Source: Desulfobacterales bacterium (GTDB lineage Bacteria; Desulfobacterota; Desulfobacteria; Desulfobacterales; UBA5852). From it: a stretch of 64,000 bases of DNA. This document shows positions 58,980 through 64,000 of the stretch, in pieces (within the stretch, counting starts at the first letter, position 1; each line of letters starts with the position of its first letter). Made by a program: the position numbers and the translations under genes. The DNA lies in assembly GCA_963674755.2 (NCBI GenBank), contig CAXXVS010000003.1, forward strand, positions 800,001-864,000, given 5' to 3'. The notes beneath the pieces are model-generated. The model was not told the origin of the DNA, did not search any database, and worked only from the letters and a program-made list of their open reading frames with translations.

Positions 58980-59705
58980 TCATCTTGTTTGACACATCTT
59001 TCGCAGATGCTCGGCCCCGTGGGTCAGCAGGCGTTCCATCACCGCCATGGCGGCGGCCGGATCGCGGTTCCTGATATTGGAGAGCATTTCCCGGTGGAAG
59101 GTGTGTACGGTTTTTACCACGGCCGGTTCTTCGAAAAACTGGGCGGCCAGATTGATGTAGACCTGTTTAAAAGAATTGAGCAGCAGCGGATAGATACGGT
59201 TGCCGGAAGCCAGGGCCAGCAGGTGGTGGAACTCGAAATCGAGGGCGGTCAGGCGGGTGACGTCGTGTCCGGGGGCCCGGGCTTCCCGGGCGATGACCTC
59301 CTCAAGGGCGTTCAGGTGCTCGGTTTCCCGATGGAGGGCGGCCAGCCGGGCATTTTCCACCTCGAAGAGCCGGCGGGTATCCAGCAGGCTTTCCTGGAGA
59401 TCCGTCTCCAGGCGCCCCTGCTGGTAGGCCACCAGTGAGTTCAAGAGAGCCAGGGAGCCCTCCCTCCGGTAGTCGTTGACCACCGCGCCCACCCGCGGCA
59501 TCAGGGTGATCAGGCCCTTGGCCTCCAGGTCCACCAGCCCGTTGTGCACCACCGGTCGGCTGACGCCCAGCCGGAGGGCCAGCTCCCGCTCGGAGGGCAG
59601 CTTCTGGCCGATCTTGAACTGCCCAGACAGGATGAGTTTTTCGAATCGTTCAATGAAGACATCTTTAAGGCTAGGACTCTGAAGGGGGGCTAGCAGTTCC
59701 TGCAT
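58980..59705 (-). CDS. GntR/FadR-family transcriptional regulator
   Basis: LPSERELALRLGVSRPVV HTH; FCD motifs RRLFE, DFEFHHLLALASGN. Confidence 0.93.
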   Translation of the reverse strand: MQELLAPLQSPSLKDVFIERFEKLILSGQFKIGQKLPSERELALRLGVSRPVVHNGLVDLEAKGLITLMPRVGAVVNDYRREGSLALLNSLVAYQQGRLETDLQESLLDTRRLFEVENARLAALHRETEHLNALEEVIAREARAPGHDVTRLTALDFEFHHLLALASGNRIYPLLLNSFKQVYINLAAQFFEEPAVVKTVHTFHREMLSNIRNRDPAAAMAVMERLLTHGAEHLRKMCQTR

Positions 59706-59726
59706 ATATAAACCTCATTTGGCTGG

Positions 59727-59737
59727 TGGTAATACCA
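59727..59737. promoter_or_regulatory. FadR-subfamily operator (PdhR/LldR/GlcC-type)
   Basis: TGGT-AAT-ACCA palindrome 22-32 bp upstream of the regulator start. Confidence 0.7.
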
Positions 59738-59860
59738 GTTGCCACTATGGCGCAAGTTAGATTCGTTTGTCAAGCCTTTACCTGACGGACTGTATTGAAA
59801 GCCGGTGCCTCAATTGATATGCCATTAATACGTGATGGGGGCGGAAAAAGTCCCTGGGGC

Positions 59861-59929
59861 GTCACGCCTGCAAAGGCAGGCGTCCGGAACAAGATGAAAT
59901 AGCGGGACCCTGGCCTTCGCAAGGATGAC
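59861..59929. repeat. Degenerate REP/MITE-like palindromic element
   Basis: GTCA...TGAC ends with internal hairpin ACGCCTGC-AAAG-GCAGGCGT; single copy in window. Confidence 0.4.
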
Positions 59930-60015
59930 CAAACAACGCCGATCGGTACGCCTTGCCAAGCCCTTATATTTGACGGTATCTCAAAGAATCGGGATTCGGC
60001 CGGAAAGGAGCGCCG

Positions 60016-60852
60016 ATGATGGAAGACGGTTTGAAGATCGAAAAAAAGGATGCCCTGGCGATTGTGACCCTCTGCCGCCCCGAACGGTTGAATGTTTTCA
60101 ATGCCGCCATGTTCGCGGCCCTGGAGGCGGCGGCCGATGATTTGGCCGCTGATCCCCGGCTCAGGGCGGTGATCGTTACCGGCGCCGGCCAAAAGGCCTT
60201 CAGCGCCGGGTTCGATGTCAATCCCGACAATCCCATGGTGGCGGAAATGGCCCAGGCCATCGAGCAGCGGGACAAAGGGCCGATTGCGCGCGCCATCGGC
60301 GCCATGCGGACGGCGGTGGACCGCTTCGTCGCCCTGCCCGTGCCGGTCATTGCGGCTGTCAACGGAAGGGCTTTCGGCGGTGGGGCCGAGCTGGCCGTGC
60401 GCTGCGACCTGCGGGTAATGGATCCGGCGGCCGAAATCTGCTTTTCCGAAGTCCGGTTGGGCCTGATGCCGGATTGGGGCGGGGGCGCGGCCCTGGTGCA
60501 TCTGCTGGGCGCGTCGGCAGCGTCGGATCTCATCCTGACGGCCCGCCGGGTACCGGCTGATGAAGCCCTGCGCATGGGGTTGGCCAATCGCATCAGCCCC
60601 CCGGGCCAGGCCCTGGAAACCGCGCTGGCGATCGCTGAAACCATCATGGCCAACGGGCCGCAGGCCGTGCGCCGAGCCCTGGAAGTGATCCGGGACGGCC
60701 GCAACCTTTCCCTCCAGGCCACCCTCGATCTGGAGCGGCAGACCGCGATCGAGCTGATCGCTTCCAGTGAGTGTATACATGGTATCGGGGCCTTTCTGAC
60801 CGGCCAGGTGCCGGTATTCCCGGATCCGCCTGAAGACGATCCGGCGTCCTGA
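60016..60852 (+). CDS. Enoyl-CoA hydratase/isomerase (crotonase) family protein
   Basis: RPERLN, AFSAGFD, AVNGRAFGGGAEL, FSEVRLGLMPDWGG. Confidence 0.93.
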   Translation: MMEDGLKIEKKDALAIVTLCRPERLNVFNAAMFAALEAAADDLAADPRLRAVIVTGAGQKAFSAGFDVNPDNPMVAEMAQAIEQRDKGPIARAIGAMRTAVDRFVALPVPVIAAVNGRAFGGGAELAVRCDLRVMDPAAEICFSEVRLGLMPDWGGGAALVHLLGASAASDLILTARRVPADEALRMGLANRISPPGQALETALAIAETIMANGPQAVRRALEVIRDGRNLSLQATLDLERQTAIELIASSECIHGIGAFLTGQVPVFPDPPEDDPAS

Positions 60853-61075
60853 TCCTGCGCCGGGGTCCTGCCTTTTAAGGACCCCCCAGCCCCCCCCCGT
60901 CCCCCGTGCCCAATTGCCCGAAAAGCACGTCCCCAACGAAAGATCTTTCGAACCCCATCCGATTTGCCTTACCAGAGCCAGGTGATATAACGCTAATGAA
61001 AGCGGGACGTAACAAGACAACAGGCGGTGGACGAAGGGCGCCTGTTGAAAAGCAAGGAAGAACGAGAGGTACCCC

Positions 61076-62356
61076 ATGACTGATCAGACCTATCAGGTTG
61101 TATTTCGGGGACAGATTGCCCCCGATGCATCTATTGAAACGGTAAAAGCCAATCTGGCGAAACTGTTCAAGACGGATGAAGCTAAAATCGACCGCCTGTT
61201 TGCGGGCCGCGAGGTGGTTCTCAAAAAGGGGCTTGGTCAGGAGGAGGGGGATCGCTATCGCGCGCTTCTGGCAAAAGCCGGCGCCCTGTGCGATCTGGTG
61301 CCGGCCCCGACCGATAGGCCGTCGATGCCGTCTCCAGCGGGAGAAAGGCCTTCCGCCGGCCCTCAGAAGACCGGGGGCACGGACGCCGCTGCGCCCAAAG
61401 AGACTGGCGCTGCAAAATCCACCGCCCAAGCGCCGAAATTAAAACAACGGGCGGCGGCTATGAAAGAAAAAGTACAGGCTGTGCGGCCGGGCGATCTTCA
61501 GCAAACCCTGGGCGCTATCCGGGATAAGGTCCAGAACCTGGATGCCGAAGAGGCCGGCAAGCAGGTGTCTTTGTTTATCGAGGGCATGTCGGCCCGGGTG
61601 AAAGCGGAGGTAAAGAAGGGCGGGTTGGCCGGTTTCAAAAAAAGCAAGGTCGTCTGGGGACTGGGAGCGGCGGTTCTGGGCGGCATCATCGCCCTTGTGA
61701 TCATGCTGGGCGGCAGCCCGCGACCCATGCCGATTGAAAGCCGCGTGTTCGACCGGTTCGCCAAACAGTATTATCGCGAAGTCCGCCAGACCGATCTGGC
61801 CAGCCTCGGTACGAGCGTGCTCGTCGGACGAGCCAAGGAAGTCCTGGACGACATGGGATTCGACTTTGACCGTACTCTTCTCTTGTGGCTGTTTCACAAA
61901 GACCGGGTGGAACGCCAGGGGGGTGGGGGCATTTACCGGACGATCCTGGTGGAACCGGTGGCGGTGGGTGTCGCGGCCGGGCTCTCCGGCATCGACACCC
62001 TGATCGCGCCTGAAACCAAGCGGATTTTCGAGATGGTGGCGACGATGCCCCCCGGGGTGGATCTAAAGGCCATTCAGATGGTGAAAGCCTGCCCTTCAGA
62101 AGGCGATCTTCTGCGGCATGACGATCTCCTCCGGGTCCTGCAGGAAAATGCAGTGGCCATCGAGACCAGCCCGGACCTGGCCATTGCCGACGCCTTTTTC
62201 GGACTGGAGCAGGCCGGTTTCGTCAAAATCCAACGCCGCTGGGAAAATGACGTGCAGTTTTGCGATCTGGAACTGCTGGATATGAACGCCATGACGGCCG
62301 TGGAAGCCAAACTTCGCCATCTCGATGAGATCAAAAGGCAGTTCAGCGAAGACTGA
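61076..62356 (+). CDS. Hypothetical single-TM protein with conserved small N-terminal domain
   Basis: YQVVFRGQI...VKANLAKLFK...Y..LLAKAGA, Pro/Ala linker, TM VWGLGAAVLGGIIALVIML; GAGG RBS. Confidence 0.75.
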   Translation: MTDQTYQVVFRGQIAPDASIETVKANLAKLFKTDEAKIDRLFAGREVVLKKGLGQEEGDRYRALLAKAGALCDLVPAPTDRPSMPSPAGERPSAGPQKTGGTDAAAPKETGAAKSTAQAPKLKQRAAAMKEKVQAVRPGDLQQTLGAIRDKVQNLDAEEAGKQVSLFIEGMSARVKAEVKKGGLAGFKKSKVVWGLGAAVLGGIIALVIMLGGSPRPMPIESRVFDRFAKQYYREVRQTDLASLGTSVLVGRAKEVLDDMGFDFDRTLLLWLFHKDRVERQGGGGIYRTILVEPVAVGVAAGLSGIDTLIAPETKRIFEMVATMPPGVDLKAIQMVKACPSEGDLLRHDDLLRVLQENAVAIETSPDLAIADAFFGLEQAGFVKIQRRWENDVQFCDLELLDMNAMTAVEAKLRHLDEIKRQFSED

Positions 62357-62371
62357 GGGATCGAGGCGGTC

Positions 62372-62908
62372 ATGACATTTGTCGGTCACAGTCTGGTGGG
62401 GGCCTCCCTGGCCCAGGCCGCCATCCCGGCCGGTGCTTCCCGGAAACAATGGTGGTTTATCGTCCATCTCTTCGTGCTGCTGGCCTACCTTCCTGACCTG
62501 CCCTTCCCGGGGTGGGGGCACAACCGCTATTTTTTCAGTCACAGCCTGTTTGTCAATTTGCTTCTGATGATCCCCATGGCGGCCCTGGCCTGCTATGCCG
62601 TGTTCCGCCAAGGGAGACCCGGTTATGCTTTAGTGGCCTGGGCGGCAGTGGCCTGGCTCAGTCATTTTCCCCTGGATGCCCTCTACAACCACGGTCGGGG
62701 CATTGCCATCTACTGGCCCTTTTCAGACGCGGTTTTAAACTTGCCCCTGCCCTGGTTTGCCACCCTGGATATGCGCCAACCGCTGACCGCCGCCCATAAC
62801 GTCAGGGTCTTTCGGGTGGAAGCCCTGGCTTACCTGCCGTTGTTCGGCGCGGCCCTGCTGGGGCGCATGGCGTGGCTGCGATGGCGCAAGCCGTTCGGTA
62901 CCCCCTGA
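62372..62908 (+). CDS. YdjM-like inner-membrane metal-dependent hydrolase
   Basis: FVGHSL, LPDL, HNRYFFSHSL, SHFPLD, YWPF. Confidence 0.85.
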   Translation: MTFVGHSLVGASLAQAAIPAGASRKQWWFIVHLFVLLAYLPDLPFPGWGHNRYFFSHSLFVNLLLMIPMAALACYAVFRQGRPGYALVAWAAVAWLSHFPLDALYNHGRGIAIYWPFSDAVLNLPLPWFATLDMRQPLTAAHNVRVFRVEALAYLPLFGAALLGRMAWLRWRKPFGTP

Positions 62909-63086
62909 AGCCAGACCGCCGGACTTCGGTATCTGAGATCCGAATCGAAGCAGGCCCCGCATCCAATCCTGGCATTGCATCCCTTAAGCAGGCCATGATA
63001 GGAAAAACGTTTGCCGGGAAAAGACACGCCTAACAGATGACACGCCAATTCGACACTGACGACTGCGGAGTGAAAGGGGACTGGAT

Positions 63087-64000
63087 ATGAGAATGCGCGT
63101 GCAGGACCGGGTTCTGATGTTGATTTGTGTATGCCTGTTGGCGGCAACAAGCGTCCATGCGGAAGACGCGGCCGTGGGTGAAAAGGGCTTCGTGCGGTTA
63201 GATGCGGGCAAAGCCTATGTGAACCTGCCTTCGGAAAAGGCGGTCATCACCGTCTTGGGGCAGCCGTACGGGGAAAGCGCCCATCGCTTCTGGGGAGATA
63301 CCATCGAGGCCGCCGGTGGGTTTTGGCTGCCCGGTCCCGACGGAACGCGCAAGGATGGTCTACGCATCGAGGCGGCCTTCAACTACCTCGCGGTCGACGG
63401 TTCGACCCGCTATTCCTCATCCCTCCCGCTGGGCTTTTTCGCCATCGACGGGTATGGCGACGCCAACGGGACCCTGGGGTTGCTGAACACGGCGGTCATC
63501 GATACACGTTACAAAAAATGGGGCATCGATTTAACGCTGGGCAGGGAAATGGCGATTTCCGAAACGGCATCCCTGTCGGTTTACACGGGGCTTACCTATT
63601 CCAATACGGATCTTTCCAATGACTTCAATCTGCTGGAAGATGGGGTGCCGTTTCCCGTTTATCTTGAGGACGATATCGAGACCGATTACTACGGGGTGCT
63701 GGTCGGGGCGGATGCCATGGTGCCCTTAACCCCCAAACTGCGCCTTGATATTGGCGGACGGGTGGACCTGCTGTATGCGGATGCCGCCATGACCGCATAC
63801 CAGGATCTCTATCCCCCCGTGCTAAGCCTGCGGGTAAGCGACAGCGAAGATAAAATGGCCGGCCGGTTGGAAGCCCACCTTGGCCTCAGTTATGACATGA
63901 CCCCCGTGGTCCTCGCAATGGGCGCCTCGGCCAGCTACCTATCCGACCAACCCTATGCCGAGCATGCCACAACCGATGCCGAGGCCTATAAGCCTTCCCA
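63087..64000 (+). CDS. Probable outer-membrane beta-barrel protein, truncated by window end (absent from ORF track)
   Basis: AAAGGGGA RBS; signal peptide ...SVHA; frame open to window end with amphipathic strands (WGIDLTLG, VYTGLTY, YYGVLVGAD, LRLDIGGRVDLLY, LEAHLGLSY). Confidence 0.75.
   Translation, partial: MRMRVQDRVLMLICVCLLAATSVHAEDAAVGEKGFVRLDAGKAYVNLPSEKAVITVLGQPYGESAHRFWGDTIEAAGGFWLPGPDGTRKDGLRIEAAFNYLAVDGSTRYSSSLPLGFFAIDGYGDANGTLGLLNTAVIDTRYKKWGIDLTLGREMAISETASLSVYTGLTYSNTDLSNDFNLLEDGVPFPVYLEDDIETDYYGVLVGADAMVPLTPKLRLDIGGRVDLLYADAAMTAYQDLYPPVLSLRVSDSEDKMAGRLEAHLGLSYDMTPVVLAMGASASYLSDQPYAEHATTDAEAYKPS

Noticed and set aside
55415..59074. 1219-aa ORF on the + strand
   Set aside because: Antisense shadow of the GRE and activase genes, an expected artefact of high GC3 codon usage. 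The same applies to other long antisense ORFs (21536-23524, 37601-39706, 15642-17162).
1..64000. CRISPR arrays, tRNA/rRNA, IS elements, prophage, in-frame selenocysteine codons
   Set aside because: None recognised by eye; the redox proteins here use normal Cys codons. Dedicated scans were not run.

Overview
GC-rich bacterial chromosomal segment, most likely from an anaerobic Desulfobacterota (Desulfobacterales-like); the lineage is inferred from gene content. No rRNA, tRNA, CRISPR array, transposase or integrase was recognised. In order: (1) 1-11.7 kb, a signalling cluster: PAS hybrid histidine kinases, a REC-PAS-HisKA-REC-GGDEF diguanylate cyclase and a frameshifted MASE3-GAF kinase. (2) 12-21 kb, a patchwork of small accessory genes and gene remnants, including a hydrolase with the full fluoroacetate-dehalogenase motif set. 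(3) A ZraSR/ZraP-type envelope-stress module with readable sigma54 promoters and paired upstream activator sites. (4) An L,D-transpeptidase next to an Lpp-like lipoprotein. (5) An iolC-like kinase/SDR/sugar-ABC operon with a class I aldolase nearby. (6) A persulfide-dioxygenase/rhodanese plus peroxiredoxin operon with a Fur-family box. (7) A two-gene operon for a 1852-aa secreted Ig/PKD/beta-rich protein and an FN3-repeat partner. (8) A FadR-regulated operon with a non-PFL glycyl radical enzyme, its activase and a tandem PNPOx-like flavoprotein. The best candidates for an undescribed system are (8) and (7). All family assignments come from motifs read by eye, not from database searches.
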